Below are positions 1-10,231 of a stretch of 64,000 bases of DNA, one piece after another. Origin of the DNA: an uncultured Acidimicrobiia bacterium (GTDB lineage Bacteria; Actinomycetota; Acidimicrobiia; IMCC26256; PALSA-555); assembly GCA_963731815.1 (NCBI GenBank), contig CAVSWW010000011.1:475320-539319 (forward strand), given 5' to 3'. The notes under the pieces were generated by a model. It worked only from the letters and a program-made list of their open reading frames with translations. It was not told where the DNA came from and did no database searches. The first letter of the stretch is position 1; every line of letters starts with the position of its first letter. Position numbers and translations under genes: made by a program.

Positions 1-1556
1 TGCACACTGCGTACGCCAAGGCGCCGTACCGGCCGTCGGGGCCCACCGAGCGCGACCGGGCGTTCGTGGCCATGGTCGAGGGGTTGCAACGCCTCGTCGC
101 CCTCGACACCGAGCACCCGCCCGATCCCACCGACGAACGGGGCCGGGTCCTCCGGGAGGCCACGGGCGAGCTGCTCGACGCAACCGCCGACTACATCACC
201 GAACCCGACGCCGCGGCGCCCGAGCTCGCGCGGCTCGACACCGCCCGGAAGGAGCACCGCCGGGCGCTCGGGGCCCATGTCGGCACCGAGCTGCAGGACG
301 GCACCGCACCGGAGACCGTCCTCGTCGACGTCGAGTCGGCGTGGTGGACGCGCGTCTCGTCGTTCGTCGCCATCGCGCTCGCGGCCGACACGGTGATCGG
401 GCGCGGCGGGAAGCCGATGACGGACGAGCTGGCGATCACGCTGCAGACGCCGGTCGACGCCGGCCGGACGCGCGGGGAGCGTCTCCGCCGGCTGCTCCGG
501 ATCAACCTGGATCTCGGCTCGATCCGCTTCCGCAACTCGGTGCGCACCGCCGTGGGCCTCGCGCTCGCGGTGGGCATCGCGAACGGGCTGTCCCTCGACC
601 ACGCGTTCTGGGTCGGGCTCGCGACGCTCTCGGTGCTGCGCTCGAACGCGCTCGCGACCGGACGGACCGCAGTGCAGGCGATCGGCGGCACCGTGCTCGG
701 CTTCGTGTTCGTGCTCTTGTTCTTCGGCATCTTCGACGCCGGGACGACGGCCGAGTGGATCGCGCTGCCCATCGCCGCGTTCCTCGCTGCGTACGCGCCG
801 AGCGCGATCTCGTTCCTGGTCGGCCAGTTCTCGTTCACGGTCGCGATCGTCGTCATGTTCGACGTGCTCGAGCCCGAGGGCTGGCGGACCGGACTGGTGC
901 GCGTCGAGGACATCGCGATCGGTGCCGGCGTGTCGCTGCTCGTCGGCCTGCTGCTCTGGCCGCGCGGTGCGATCGGGATGCTGCGACGCGTGATCGGGGC
1001 GCACCTCACCGCCGACGCCGACTACCTCGAGGCGGCGACGTGCCTGGTGGTCGAGACCGAACCGACGGGCCCCGATCGTGAGACCTGCCGCCACCGCGCA
1101 ACCGACGCGGCGCGCCGCGCCGGCGACGCCTTCGACGAGCTGCTCGCGGCGCCCGGGACGCTCCCGACCGGTCACCAGGTGTGGGCGTCGCTCGCGGCGG
1201 CCTCGCGCCGCATCCAGGCCGCGGCCGACCTGCTCAGCGCGCAGGCCGACCTCGGCTTCGTGGTGCGCGGGTTCCCCGAGGCCGCGGGGGCGCTCGACGC
1301 CGAGTCCGCCCGTCTCGCCGCCCGGCTCCGGGCCGACGTCGGCGACCTCTTGTCCGGCGCGCCCACGGCGCCCGCGCCGCCCGCGGTGGCCGACGACCGG
1401 CGGGCCGCCGAGGTGATCACCCTGCGCGAGTGGGGTGGCGACGAGGCACGGGTCTCCTCGGCGCTCGGCGTGGTCTGGGCGACCGAGGCCCTGCACTCGG
1501 TCCACGACGTCGCCGACCACGTCGCCGCCGCCATCGACACGGTCGCCGCCACCTGA
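1..1556 (+). CDS. FUSC-family (fusaric-acid-resistance-like / aromatic-acid-exporter-like) integral membrane protein, probably 5'-truncated by the window edge
   Basis: ORF 66..1556. The same frame stays open back to nt 3 with no stop, so GTG-66 may be internal. A central block of hydrophobic helices (GLALAVGIANGL, VLGFVFVLLFFGIF, FSFTVAIVVMF, GAGVSLLVGLLLWPRG) is flanked by Ala/Arg-rich helical cytoplasmic regions, as in FUSC/ArAE proteins. Confidence 0.55.
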   Translation, partial: HTAYAKAPYRPSGPTERDRAFVAMVEGLQRLVALDTEHPPDPTDERGRVLREATGELLDATADYITEPDAAAPELARLDTARKEHRRALGAHVGTELQDGTAPETVLVDVESAWWTRVSSFVAIALAADTVIGRGGKPMTDELAITLQTPVDAGRTRGERLRRLLRINLDLGSIRFRNSVRTAVGLALAVGIANGLSLDHAFWVGLATLSVLRSNALATGRTAVQAIGGTVLGFVFVLLFFGIFDAGTTAEWIALPIAAFLAAYAPSAISFLVGQFSFTVAIVVMFDVLEPEGWRTGLVRVEDIAIGAGVSLLVGLLLWPRGAIGMLRRVIGAHLTADADYLEAATCLVVETEPTGPDRETCRHRATDAARRAGDAFDELLAAPGTLPTGHQVWASLAAASRRIQAAADLLSAQADLGFVVRGFPEAAGALDAESARLAARLRADVGDLLSGAPTAPAPPAVADDRRAAEVITLREWGGDEARVSSALGVVWATEALHSVHDVADHVAAAIDTVAAT

Positions 1557-1629
1557 CGCGTGCAGGCCTGGGGACGTGGCGTCGAGCACCGCTCCTCGTC
1601 ACGTGTCCACGCGACGCGTGTCATCGGGG

Positions 1630-1659
1630 TTGACCGATCGAACATACGTTCGATAGAGT
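1630..1659 (+). promoter_or_regulatory. Candidate sigma-70-type promoter with an embedded inverted repeat, upstream of the DUF222/HNH gene
   Basis: TTGACC (1630-1635), 18-nt spacer, TAGAGT (1654-1659), in a locally AT-richer stretch about 57 nt upstream of the 1716 start. The spacer holds the inverted repeat ATCGAAC-atac-GTTCGAT (1637-1654). Confidence 0.35.
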
Positions 1660-1715
1660 GACGCAGAGCTTCCCCCACTTCCCCCAGATCGTGAAGTCGC
1701 CGCTGGAGGAAGGCC

Positions 1716-2883
1716 GTGTTCGACGAGGTGCGCGCTGCACTCACCACCCTCGAGGCGGTGGTGCGCGACTTCGAGCCGAAGGTGCTGGCAGCTGACGACG
1801 CGCGCACGATGCTCGAGCTCTTCGTCAAGGGTGAGCGGCTCTGCGCGGCGGGCAAGGCCCTCACGGCCAACCACATCCACGACACCGGTGCCTACCGAGC
1901 TTCGGGTCATCGTTCTGCCGGGCAGCTGCTCGCCGACGTGAGTGGTACGACGGTGGGCGCAGCCGAGTCGACGCTTCGGGCGGTGCAGCGACTCGACGAG
2001 CAGCCGGTCGTGAGCGGAGCGTTCCGTGCCGGCGAGCTCTCCGAGATGCAGACGCGCGAGATCTCCTACGCCGCGTCGAAGTCTCCTGAGTCGGCAGAGC
2101 GGCTCGTCAGGCTACGCGCGGAAGCACCGCCCGATGAAGGGTCTCAAGGAGAAGTGCGCGCGGGTCGTGGCTGCGTCGATCGAGGACGACGTCGAGTGGT
2201 CCCGGCAGCTCCACGAGACACGTTCGCTGCACATCTGGCACGAGCATGGCGCGCTCGCCGGCGGGTTCCGGCTCGCGCCCGACCGCGCAGTGGGCTTCCA
2301 CGCTGCGCTCCAGGCCGAGACCGACCGCCTCTTCCGGGAAGCCCGCTCCGAGGGACGGAGGGAGTCGCGTGCCGCGTACATGGCCGACGCGCTCGTCAAC
2401 CTCGTGGAGCGCGGTCCCGCGAAGCCGATCGATGCCCGCGTCGACGTGTCCGACGCCGCGCTCGAGCGGGGGCATGTGGCCGACGGCGAGCGCTGCGAGA
2501 TCCCGGGTGTCGGGCCGATCCCGGTCACCGACGCCAAGCGGATGCTGCGCGATGCCCGGGTGACCATGCTCATCACGGACGACGCCGACCACATCTCGCA
2601 CGTCTCGTCGGTCACGCGCACGGTGCCGGTGAAGCTCCGACGGTGGCTCGAGGCGACGTACCCGGTCTGCGGTCGCAAGGGCTGTGAGAACGCCCGCGGG
2701 CTCCGCATCGACCACATCCACGAATACGCCAAGGGCGGGATCCTCGACGAGCACAACGCCTGGCGCATCTGCGGGCCGTGCGACGACCTCAAGATGCACC
2801 GCGGGTGGGTCGTGGTCGGGTCGCCGGGCGACTGGGACCTCGTCCCGCCCGACGCCCTCGCGGGTGACCGGGCGCCGCCGTGA
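1716..2883 (+). pseudogene. DUF222-domain HNH endonuclease (REP13E12-like actinobacterial family), frameshifted near nt 2115
   Basis: The N-terminal DUF222-like part reads in the frame of ORF 1716..2687 and is sensible only to about nt 2115. The rest, including the HNH motif (RIDHIHEYAKGG...HNAWRICGPCDDLKMH), reads in the frame of ORF 2026..2883. The two frames differ by +1. Confidence 0.7.
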
Positions 2884-3019
2884 TCGACTCAGGGCACCCT
2901 GCCCAGCACGTCACGCAGCAGTTCGGCCCCAACGTGCGCCGGAGGTAGCCTGCGCGGCGTCGCGCCGCGGCGCGCGCGCCGCTCAGGACTCCGCACCGCT
3001 CAGAAGGGAGGGAGAGAAG

Positions 3020-3484
3020 GTGGAGCAGTTCCTGCCGATCCTGGCGCTGATCGTGCTGGTCTTCCTGTTCGCCGCCATCTCTTTCGTCGCCTCGAAGCTC
3101 CTCGGCCCGAAGCGGCCGACGTCGGCGAAGACCGCGCCGTACGAGTGCGGGATCGTGCCGGAGGTCGAGCCGAGCGAGCGCTTCCCGGTTCGCTTCTACC
3201 TGGTCGCGATGGCGTTCATCGTCGTCGATGTCGAGATCATCTTCCTCTACCCCTTCACGACGATCCTGCGACCGCTCGGCACGTACGGCGTGATCACGAT
3301 GGGCGTGTTCTTGCTCGTGCTCCTCGTGCCGTTCGCGTACCTGCTGTCCACGGGCGCGGTCGACTGGGGCCCCGTGAAGCAGGTCACGACCCGCGTCGCG
3401 GGCACTGTGCTGCGCGCGACCGGGCGTCCCGGTCGCGACGGCCTCGCGCCGGCCGACGTGGAGCAGACCGAGGAGGCCGCGTAG
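3020..3484 (+). CDS. nuoA: NADH-quinone oxidoreductase subunit A
   Basis: GTG-3020 is in the frame of ORF 2684..3484 and preceded by GGAGAGAAGG. NuoA/ND3 signature present: VEQFLPILALIVLVFLF..PYECG..FYLVAMAFIVVDVEIIFLYP. There is an unusual hydrophilic C-terminal tail of about 35 aa. Confidence 0.85.
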   Translation: MEQFLPILALIVLVFLFAAISFVASKLLGPKRPTSAKTAPYECGIVPEVEPSERFPVRFYLVAMAFIVVDVEIIFLYPFTTILRPLGTYGVITMGVFLLVLLVPFAYLLSTGAVDWGPVKQVTTRVAGTVLRATGRPGRDGLAPADVEQTEEAA

Positions 3485-3505
3485 TGACCGGCCGCTTGAA
3501 GATCG

Positions 3506-4084
3506 GTGGGGTTCACTGACATGGGGATGGAGAAGATCCCGCACAACATCCTCACCGGCCGTCTCGAAGACCTCGTGAAGTGGGCGCGGCGTCATTCGGT
3601 GTGGCCCGCGACGTTCGGTCTCGCGTGCTGCGCGCTCGAGATGATGGCTGCCGGCGGCGCGCACTACGACCTCGCGCGCTACGGCATGGAGGTGTTCCGT
3701 GCGAGCCCGCGCCAGGCCGACCTCATGATCGTCGCCGGCCGGGTCAGCCAGAAGATGGCGCCGGTGCTGCGACAGGTCTACGACCAGATGGTCGAGCCGA
3801 AGTGGGTCATCTCGATGGGTGTGTGCGCGAGCACCGGCGGGATGTTCAACAACTACGCGCTCGTCCAGGGCGTCGACCAGATCGTCCCCGTCGACGTGTA
3901 CGTCCCCGGCTGCCCGCCGGGTCCCGAGACGCTGATGCACGGCATCCTCATGCTCCACGACGAGATCCGCCACGGCGAGATCATGAAGCGGCGCAACAAG
4001 GAGCGCGGCGCGGAGATCCACGTCGACCAGGTCGACGGCACGCCGTCGAACGTCCAGCCCGTCACCGTCTCTCGGTCCGCCTGA
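3506..4084 (+). CDS. nuoB: NADH-quinone oxidoreductase subunit B
   Basis: Cluster N2 ligand motifs [17 protein letters not shown] and VPGCPP. The start could instead be ATG 3521 or 3527. Confidence 0.95.
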   Translation: MGFTDMGMEKIPHNILTGRLEDLVKWARRHSVWPATFGLACCALEMMAAGGAHYDLARYGMEVFRASPRQADLMIVAGRVSQKMAPVLRQVYDQMVEPKWVISMGVCASTGGMFNNYALVQGVDQIVPVDVYVPGCPPGPETLMHGILMLHDEIRHGEIMKRRNKERGAEIHVDQVDGTPSNVQPVTVSRSA

Positions 4085-4106
4085 TCGAGCGCCCGAGGTA
4101 CCTGTC

Positions 4107-4691
4107 ATGCCGGAAGAGCGGACCGACGACGACACCGCTCGTGAAGAGATTCACGAGGCCGACAGCGACACCGCGCCGCCCGCCGTCCCCGACGAGATCG
4201 CGGCGGTCGTCGTCGAGAAGATCCCGGGGACGGTCTTCCACGAGTCGCACGGGCAGCCGGTCGTCTACGTCGACCGCGCTTCGTGGCACGACATCGCGCA
4301 GCTGCTCCGCGACGACGAGCAGATGACGATGTGCCTCGACGTCACGGTCGTCGACCACCTGCGCGACGCGACGCGGCTGGCAGTCGACGGCGTCGCGCCC
4401 GAGCGGTTCGAGGTCGTCGCGAACTTCCTGTCGCACCCTCGCAACCGGCGCCTGCGTGCGATCGCGCAGGTGCCCGCCTCGGACCCGACGATCGCGAGCA
4501 TCGTCGACCTGTACCCGGGCATGAACTTCGCCGAGCGCGAGGCGTACGACCTGTTCGGCATCACGTTCGAGGGCCATCCCGACCTGACGCGCATCCTCAT
4601 GCCCGACGACTGGGAGGGGCACCCGCTCCGCAAGGACGACTTCCCCGCGCGCGTGCCGGTGGCGTTCAAGGAAGATCCGAGTCCCCGATGA
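4107..4691 (+). CDS. nuoC: NADH-quinone oxidoreductase subunit C
   Basis: 30-kDa subunit motif [38 protein letters not shown]. Confidence 0.95.
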   Translation: MPEERTDDDTAREEIHEADSDTAPPAVPDEIAAVVVEKIPGTVFHESHGQPVVYVDRASWHDIAQLLRDDEQMTMCLDVTVVDHLRDATRLAVDGVAPERFEVVANFLSHPRNRRLRAIAQVPASDPTIASIVDLYPGMNFAEREAYDLFGITFEGHPDLTRILMPDDWEGHPLRKDDFPARVPVAFKEDPSPR

Positions 4692-4707
4692 GCACGATCG
4701 AGCGAGC

Positions 4708-5991
4708 ATGACGAACCACAGCGTCCGCGACGAGCAGCGTCTCGAGGGTCAGACCGACGAGGGCGCGCAGGTCCTCCAGCCGCGCAAGCGCGACATCGTG
4801 ATGACCGGTGGGCTCTGGCCCGAGGACAGCGACACCACGATCATCAACATGGGTCCGCAGCACCCGTCGACTCACGGCGTGCTGCGGGTGATGCTCGAGC
4901 TCGACGGTGAGACCGTGCTCCGTGCGAAGCCGGTGATCGGCTACCTGCACACGGGCATGGAGAAGACGGGCGAAGAGCTCACGTACGTGCAGGGCTCCAC
5001 GAACGTCACGCGCATGGACTACGCCTCGCCGCTCAGCAACGAGCTCGTCTTCTCGCTGGCGGTGGAGCGACTCCTCGACATCGAGGTGCCGACTCGCGCG
5101 ACGTGGATCCGCATGATGCTGGTGGAGCTCAACCGCTGCGCGTCGCACCTGCTGTTCCAGGCGACGAACGGCATGGACATCGGCGCGATCTCGATGATGA
5201 TCTACGGCTGGCGCGAGCGGGAAGAGACGCTGCGCCTGCTCGAGATGTTCACCGGCCTGCGGATGAACAACAACTTCATCCGTCCCGGTGGTGTCGCGGC
5301 CGACCTGCCCGACGGGTGGGAAGAGGAGACGCTCACCGCGCTCGACACGATCGAGAAGGGCACGAGCGAGTACGCCGAGGTCCTCACCGAGAACCCGATC
5401 TGGATGGAACGCCTCGTCGGCGTCGGTCAGCTCACCACCGACCAGGCGATCGCGCTCAGCGCGACGGGGCCGATCCTCCGCTCGACCGGGTTCCCGTGGG
5501 ACCTCCGCAAGACGCAGCCGTACCTCGCCTACGACGAGGTCGACTTCGACGTCATCTACACGCAGAACGGCGACTGCTACGACCGCTACCTCATCCGGCT
5601 CAACGAGATCCTCGAGTCGGTGAAGATCGTCCGCCAGTGCATCGAGCGCATGCCCGCCGGCGACTACCGCGTGCAGGACCGCAAGGTCACCCCGCCGCCG
5701 CGCGCGCGGATCGACGAGTCGATGGAAGCGCTGATCCACCACTTCAAGCTGTTCACCGAGGGCTTCAAGGTGCCGCCCGGCGAGACGTACGTCGCGATCG
5801 AGTCGCCGCGCGGCGAGATCGGCTGCTACCTCGTGTCCGACGGCACGGGGAAGCCGGTGCGGCTGCACATCCGTGGCCCGTCCTTCTACAACCTGCAGAC
5901 CACGGCACCGATGGTGGAGGGCACGCTCGTCGCCGACACCGTCGCGATCATCTCCAGCGTCGATCCCATTCTCGGGGAAGTCGACCGATGA
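4708..5991 (+). CDS. nuoD: NADH-quinone oxidoreductase subunit D
   Basis: NMGPQHPSTHGVLR, IGYLHTGMEK and a C-terminal ILGEVDR. Intact 427 aa. Confidence 0.95.
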   Translation: MTNHSVRDEQRLEGQTDEGAQVLQPRKRDIVMTGGLWPEDSDTTIINMGPQHPSTHGVLRVMLELDGETVLRAKPVIGYLHTGMEKTGEELTYVQGSTNVTRMDYASPLSNELVFSLAVERLLDIEVPTRATWIRMMLVELNRCASHLLFQATNGMDIGAISMMIYGWREREETLRLLEMFTGLRMNNNFIRPGGVAADLPDGWEEETLTALDTIEKGTSEYAEVLTENPIWMERLVGVGQLTTDQAIALSATGPILRSTGFPWDLRKTQPYLAYDEVDFDVIYTQNGDCYDRYLIRLNEILESVKIVRQCIERMPAGDYRVQDRKVTPPPRARIDESMEALIHHFKLFTEGFKVPPGETYVAIESPRGEIGCYLVSDGTGKPVRLHIRGPSFYNLQTTAPMVEGTLVADTVAIISSVDPILGEVDR

Positions 5992-6001
5992 GCGCAGACC
6001 T

Positions 6002-6517
6002 GTGAGCGCCGGGACCGGGTTCACCGACGCCGATCGCCGCAAGGCGAAGGAGATCATCGCCCGCTACCCGCACGCGAAGTCGGCGATGCTCCCGCTGCTG
6101 CACCTCGCGCAGGACCGCGACGGCTGGGTGACGCCCGCGGCGATGGAAGAGATCGCGGAGATGCTCGACCTCACTCCGGCGCTCGTGCTCGGGACGTGCT
6201 CCTTCTACACGATGTTCAAGCGCGAGCCCGTCGGCCGGTTCGTCGTCTCCGTCTGCACGAACGTCTCGTGCCTCGTGAACGGCGGCCCCGACCTGCTCGA
6301 CGCGCTGCGGCTGCGCTACCTCGAAGACGACGACGTCTTCGTCGAGGAAGTCGAGTGCCTCGCAGCGTGCGACGTGACCCCGGTGCTGCAGGTCAACTAC
6401 GAGTTCCACAACTCGCTCACACCCGACACGGCGATCGACCTCGTCGAGCAGTACAAGAGCGGCGCGCTCACGGCCCGCACGCTCTCCGGCACTCCAGCCC
6501 GGCTCAGGGAAGAGTGA
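6002..6517 (+). CDS. nuoE: NADH-quinone oxidoreductase subunit E
   Basis: GTG-6002 is in the frame of ORF 5873..6517, 10 nt after the nuoD stop. Thioredoxin-like 2Fe-2S motifs CTNVSC and ECLAAC. Confidence 0.9.
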   Translation: MSAGTGFTDADRRKAKEIIARYPHAKSAMLPLLHLAQDRDGWVTPAAMEEIAEMLDLTPALVLGTCSFYTMFKREPVGRFVVSVCTNVSCLVNGGPDLLDALRLRYLEDDDVFVEEVECLAACDVTPVLQVNYEFHNSLTPDTAIDLVEQYKSGALTARTLSGTPARLREE

Positions 6518-7836
6518 TGCCCGAAGAGACACTCATCGTCACGAAGTTCCTCCGGTCGCGCCCCGACGACTCGTGGACGTACGACGCCGCGCGCCAGCAC
6601 AACAAGGCGTACTCGGCGCTCGAGAAGGCGCTGAAGATGCAGCCCGAGAAGATCGTCGAGGAGGTCATGACCTCCGGCCTCCGCGGGCGTGGCGGTGCCG
6701 GCTTCGGCGCCGGGCAGAAGTGGTCGTTCCTGCCGAAGGGCGTGTTCCCGCGCTACCTCGCGATCAACGCCGACGAGGGCGAGCCGTCCACGTTCAAGGA
6801 CCACATGCTCATCGAGGGCGATCCGCACCAGATCATCGAGGGCGCGGCGATCACCGCCTACGCGATCCAGGCGCATCACGCGTTCATCTACATCCGGGGC
6901 GAGTTCGCGCTCGGTGCCCAACGGCTGCAGCAGGCCGTCGACGACGCGTACGCGAACGGATACCTCGGCAAGAACATCCTCGACTCCGGCTTCGACCTCG
7001 AAATGGTCGTGCACCGGGGCGCCGGCTGCTACATCGCCGGCGACGAGACGGGTCTGCTCTCGAGCCTCGAGGGTGAGCGCGCGATGCCGCGCATCAAGCC
7101 GCCGTTCCCGGCCGCACAGGGCGTGTACGCCGCGCCGACGGTCGTGAACAACGTCGAGACGCTGTCGACGGTCCCGCACATCGTCCTGCGCGGCGGCAAG
7201 TGGTACTCGGGCATCGGCATCAACAAGTCGACGGGTACGCGCATCTTCTCGGTGTCGGGGATGGTCGAGCGGCCCGGCAACTACGAGGTCGAGCTGGGCA
7301 TGTCGTTCCGCGACCTGATCGAGGGTCTCGCCGGAGGTGTGCGCGACGGCAAGCAGATGAAGTTCTTCATCCCCGGCGGCGCGTCGGCGCCGTGGCTCGT
7401 GGCCGAGCACCTCGACGAGCCGCTCGACATGGACCGCGCCTCGGAGCTGAAGACGATGCTCGGCTCCGGGGCGATCATGGTGTTCGACGAGACCGTCGAT
7501 CCGCTGCTCGTGTCGTGGCGGCTCGCGAAGTTCTTCGCGCACGAGTCGTGCGGCAAGTGCACGCCGTGCCGTGAGGGCTCGGGGTGGATCTCGAAGGTCC
7601 TCTACCGGATGGCGAACGGGCTCGGTCGTCCCGACGATCTCGATCTCCTGCTCGACCTCGGGCAGAACATCGTGCCCGGGCTGAACGCACCGTTCTCGCA
7701 GACGACGATCTGCGCGCTGGGTCCGTCGACGATGAGCCATGTCGTCAGCCTCGAGCGGTTCTTCGGCGACGAGATCCGCGAGCGCCTCAAGAAGGACGCG
7801 GCGCGCCGGTCGCAGCTCGAGGTGACCCCCGCATGA
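6517..7836 (+). CDS. nuoF: NADH-quinone oxidoreductase subunit F
   Basis: ATG-6517 overlaps the nuoE stop (GTGATG). FMN/NADH site GRGGAGFGAGQKW; N3 cluster ESCGKCTPCREG. Confidence 0.95.
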   Translation: MPEETLIVTKFLRSRPDDSWTYDAARQHNKAYSALEKALKMQPEKIVEEVMTSGLRGRGGAGFGAGQKWSFLPKGVFPRYLAINADEGEPSTFKDHMLIEGDPHQIIEGAAITAYAIQAHHAFIYIRGEFALGAQRLQQAVDDAYANGYLGKNILDSGFDLEMVVHRGAGCYIAGDETGLLSSLEGERAMPRIKPPFPAAQGVYAAPTVVNNVETLSTVPHIVLRGGKWYSGIGINKSTGTRIFSVSGMVERPGNYEVELGMSFRDLIEGLAGGVRDGKQMKFFIPGGASAPWLVAEHLDEPLDMDRASELKTMLGSGAIMVFDETVDPLLVSWRLAKFFAHESCGKCTPCREGSGWISKVLYRMANGLGRPDDLDLLLDLGQNIVPGLNAPFSQTTICALGPSTMSHVVSLERFFGDEIRERLKKDAARRSQLEVTPA

Positions 7837-7849
7837 GGGACGGGCTGGA

Positions 7850-10231
7850 ATGAGCATGGGCGCAGTTCCGATGTCGCAGTGGCCGTCGGACCACGAGTAC
7901 ACGATCCCCGTGCCGGGCGGTCCTGGCACGTCGGGAACGCCGGACATGGTGACGCTGACGATCGACGGCAAGCAGGTGCAGGCGCCGCGCGGCGAGCTGC
8001 TGATCAAGGTCGCGCAGGAGCACGGCACCTACATCCCGCGGTTCTGTTACCACGAGCGCATGAAGCCGGTCGGCATGTGCCGGATGTGCCTCGTCGAGGT
8101 CGAAGGCATGCGTGGGCTGCAGATCAGCTGCGCGACGCCCGTCAACCAGGACATGGTCGTCACGACCCAGTCGCCGATGGTGAAGCAAGCCCAGGACGGC
8201 GTGCTGGAGTTCCTGCTGATCAACCATCCGCTCGACTGCCCGGTGTGCGACCGCGGCGGCGAGTGCCCGCTGCAGGACCAGACCCTCTCGTTCGGTCCGG
8301 GGGAGTCGCGCTACGTCGAGGAGAAGCGTCACTTCGAGAAGCCGATCCCGATCAGCGAACTCGTCCTGCTCGACCGTGAACGCTGCATCCAGTGCGGTCG
8401 CTGCACCCGGTTCGCGGCGGAGATCGCCGGCGACGCGCTGATCGACTTCGGCGGGCGCGGTGACGAGACCGAAGTCATCACGTACCCCGACGAGCCGTTC
8501 TCGTCGTACTTCTCCGGCAACGTCGTGCAGATCTGTCCGGTCGGCGCGCTCACCGCGCGGCCGTACCGCTTCAAGGCCCGCCCGTGGGACCTCGAATCCG
8601 TCGAGACCTCGTGCCAGGCGTGCTCCGTCGGGTGCCGCGGCGCACTCGAGTCCACGACGAACCGGATCGTGCGCCTCCTCGGCGTCGACTCGGAGCCGGT
8701 CAACCAGGGCTGGCTCTGCGACAAGGGTCGCTACGGCTACGAGTGGGTGCACTCCGATGCCCGCGTCGCGTCCCCCGCCATGCGCAGGACCGGTCCGGCG
8801 GGCGCGGACATGCTCGAGGTGTCGTGGCCGGAGGCGCTCGACGCCGCGGCCCGGATCCTCGGCCAGACGAAGGGCAACCACGGACCCGAGTCGATCGCGG
8901 TGCTCGGCGGCGGTGAGATGACCAACGAGGACGTCTACTGCTGGAGCCGCCTCGCGAAGGGCGTCCTCGGCACCGACAACGCCGACGCACAGCTCGGCGA
9001 CGGCCTCCCCGCCGACGTCGTGCTCGGCATGCCGCGCGCCACGATCGCCGACATCGACCGCGCGAAGGCGATCGTCGTCCTCGGGGTCGACACCAAGGAC
9101 GAGATCCCCGTCGTCTACCTCCGCCTCCGCGCCGCCGCCGTCGACCGGGGCATCCCGCTCGTCGAGATCGGCGCGCGCGACACCGGGCTCACCCGCTACG
9201 CGACGACCGTGCTCCGGCACGCGCCCGGCGCGTCGACCGACGTCGTGGCGAAGGTCGCGGCGGCCCTCAGCGGGCGCAAGACGCGCACGAAGGCCATCGA
9301 CGAGTTCGCGGATGCGGTGAACGGGTCCGACCCGACCAGGACCGGACCGATCGTGGTCGTGCTCGGCCGGCCGTCGGTCGCGGAGTCCGTCGACGACGTC
9401 GTGCACGCCGCGTCGCTCCTCGCCGGCATCAACGGTGGTGTGACCGGGCGCGGCCTCCACGCCGGAGTCGTCGACACCGATGTCCGCTTCCTCTCCGCGC
9501 TCGGCCGCGCGAACGTGCACGGCGCGCTCGATCTCGGGTTCGCGCCCGGCTTCCTCCCGGGACGTGTCACGCTCGACGCGGGCCGTGATCACGTCGCGGA
9601 GACCTGGGGGAGCGTGCCGGCTGCGACCGGGCTCGATGCAACGGGGATCCTCCGCGGCGCCGCGGACGGATCGATCAAGGCCCTCGTGCTCCTCGGGGCC
9701 GACCCATTCGTCTCGTTCCCCGATCGCGCGCTCGCGCGCGAGGCGCTCGCGAACGTCGAGCACGTCGTGTGCGTCGGCGCGTTCGCGGGTGACGGCATCG
9801 AGCACGCTGACGTCGTCCTGCCCCCGACGGTCTGGGGTGAGCAGCGCGGCTCGACGACGAACCTCGAGGGGCGCGTCATGCGACTCGGGCGGATCGTCAC
9901 GCCTGACGGCGCAACGATGGAACCGTGGCGGATCGCGTGCGAGCTCGCCGTGCGCCTCGGCGTCGACTTCGACCTGGAGAGCACCGACGAGGTGCAGGAC
10001 GAGATCGCGAAGGTGGCGCCCGCGTTCGCCGGCGTCGACGCGACGTTGATCCGCCGCGCCCGGGACGGTGTCGTGCTGCCGCACGCCGAGCACCCCGACG
10101 AGGTGCGCTTCGGCACCGGCGCCCCCGGCGCCGGCGTCTCGTGGGAGCCGATCCCCGCCGCACCGGAGGAGATCCCGGCGCCGGAAGCCGAAGCCCCCGA
10201 GCCTGCCGTTCCCGAGCCTGCCGTTCCGTGA
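7850..10231 (+). CDS. nuoG: NADH-quinone oxidoreductase subunit G (main body)
   Basis: Fe-S motifs CYHERMKPVGMCRMCLVEV, HPLDCPVCDRGGECPLQD and CIQCGRCTRF, followed by a molybdopterin-oxidoreductase-like body. Ends in a Pro/Glu/Ala linker (PEPAVPEPAVP). Confidence 0.9.
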   Translation: MSMGAVPMSQWPSDHEYTIPVPGGPGTSGTPDMVTLTIDGKQVQAPRGELLIKVAQEHGTYIPRFCYHERMKPVGMCRMCLVEVEGMRGLQISCATPVNQDMVVTTQSPMVKQAQDGVLEFLLINHPLDCPVCDRGGECPLQDQTLSFGPGESRYVEEKRHFEKPIPISELVLLDRERCIQCGRCTRFAAEIAGDALIDFGGRGDETEVITYPDEPFSSYFSGNVVQICPVGALTARPYRFKARPWDLESVETSCQACSVGCRGALESTTNRIVRLLGVDSEPVNQGWLCDKGRYGYEWVHSDARVASPAMRRTGPAGADMLEVSWPEALDAAARILGQTKGNHGPESIAVLGGGEMTNEDVYCWSRLAKGVLGTDNADAQLGDGLPADVVLGMPRATIADIDRAKAIVVLGVDTKDEIPVVYLRLRAAAVDRGIPLVEIGARDTGLTRYATTVLRHAPGASTDVVAKVAAALSGRKTRTKAIDEFADAVNGSDPTRTGPIVVVLGRPSVAESVDDVVHAASLLAGINGGVTGRGLHAGVVDTDVRFLSALGRANVHGALDLGFAPGFLPGRVTLDAGRDHVAETWGSVPAATGLDATGILRGAADGSIKALVLLGADPFVSFPDRALAREALANVEHVVCVGAFAGDGIEHADVVLPPTVWGEQRGSTTNLEGRVMRLGRIVTPDGATMEPWRIACELAVRLGVDFDLESTDEVQDEIAKVAPAFAGVDATLIRRARDGVVLPHAEHPDEVRFGTGAPGAGVSWEPIPAAPEEIPAPEAEAPEPAVPEPAVP
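10196..10225 (+). repeat. Perfect 2 x 15-bp tandem duplication (CCCGAGCCTGCCGTT) at the nuoG stop
   Basis: Read directly: cccgagcctgccgtt cccgagcctgccgtt ccGTGA. It encodes the PEPAV-PEPAV repeat. Confidence 0.85.

Noticed and set aside
2684-3019. N-terminal extensions suggested by the ORF track for nuoA (2684), nuoE (5873), nuoF (6196), nuoK (12353), nuoM (15145), secE (51092) and the HExxH protein (56207)
   Set aside because: The extensions are Arg/Pro-rich and overlap the upstream gene in another frame. In each case conserved sequence begins at an internal ATG or GTG with an RBS-like purine tract or a stop/start overlap.
7787-10093. Long antisense ORFs opposite nuoG, nuoH, nuoL/M, nuoL2, acs, rpoB and rpoC (for example 7787..10093, 10347..11987, 13491..15392, 27499..30213, 35014..37161, 58147..61050, 61588..63900, all on the - strand)
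   Set aside because: Their translations are Arg/Asp/Glu/His/Val-rich low-complexity strings with no recognisable motifs. They lie exactly opposite well-supported genes. These are typical stop-poor shadow frames of very GC-rich DNA.
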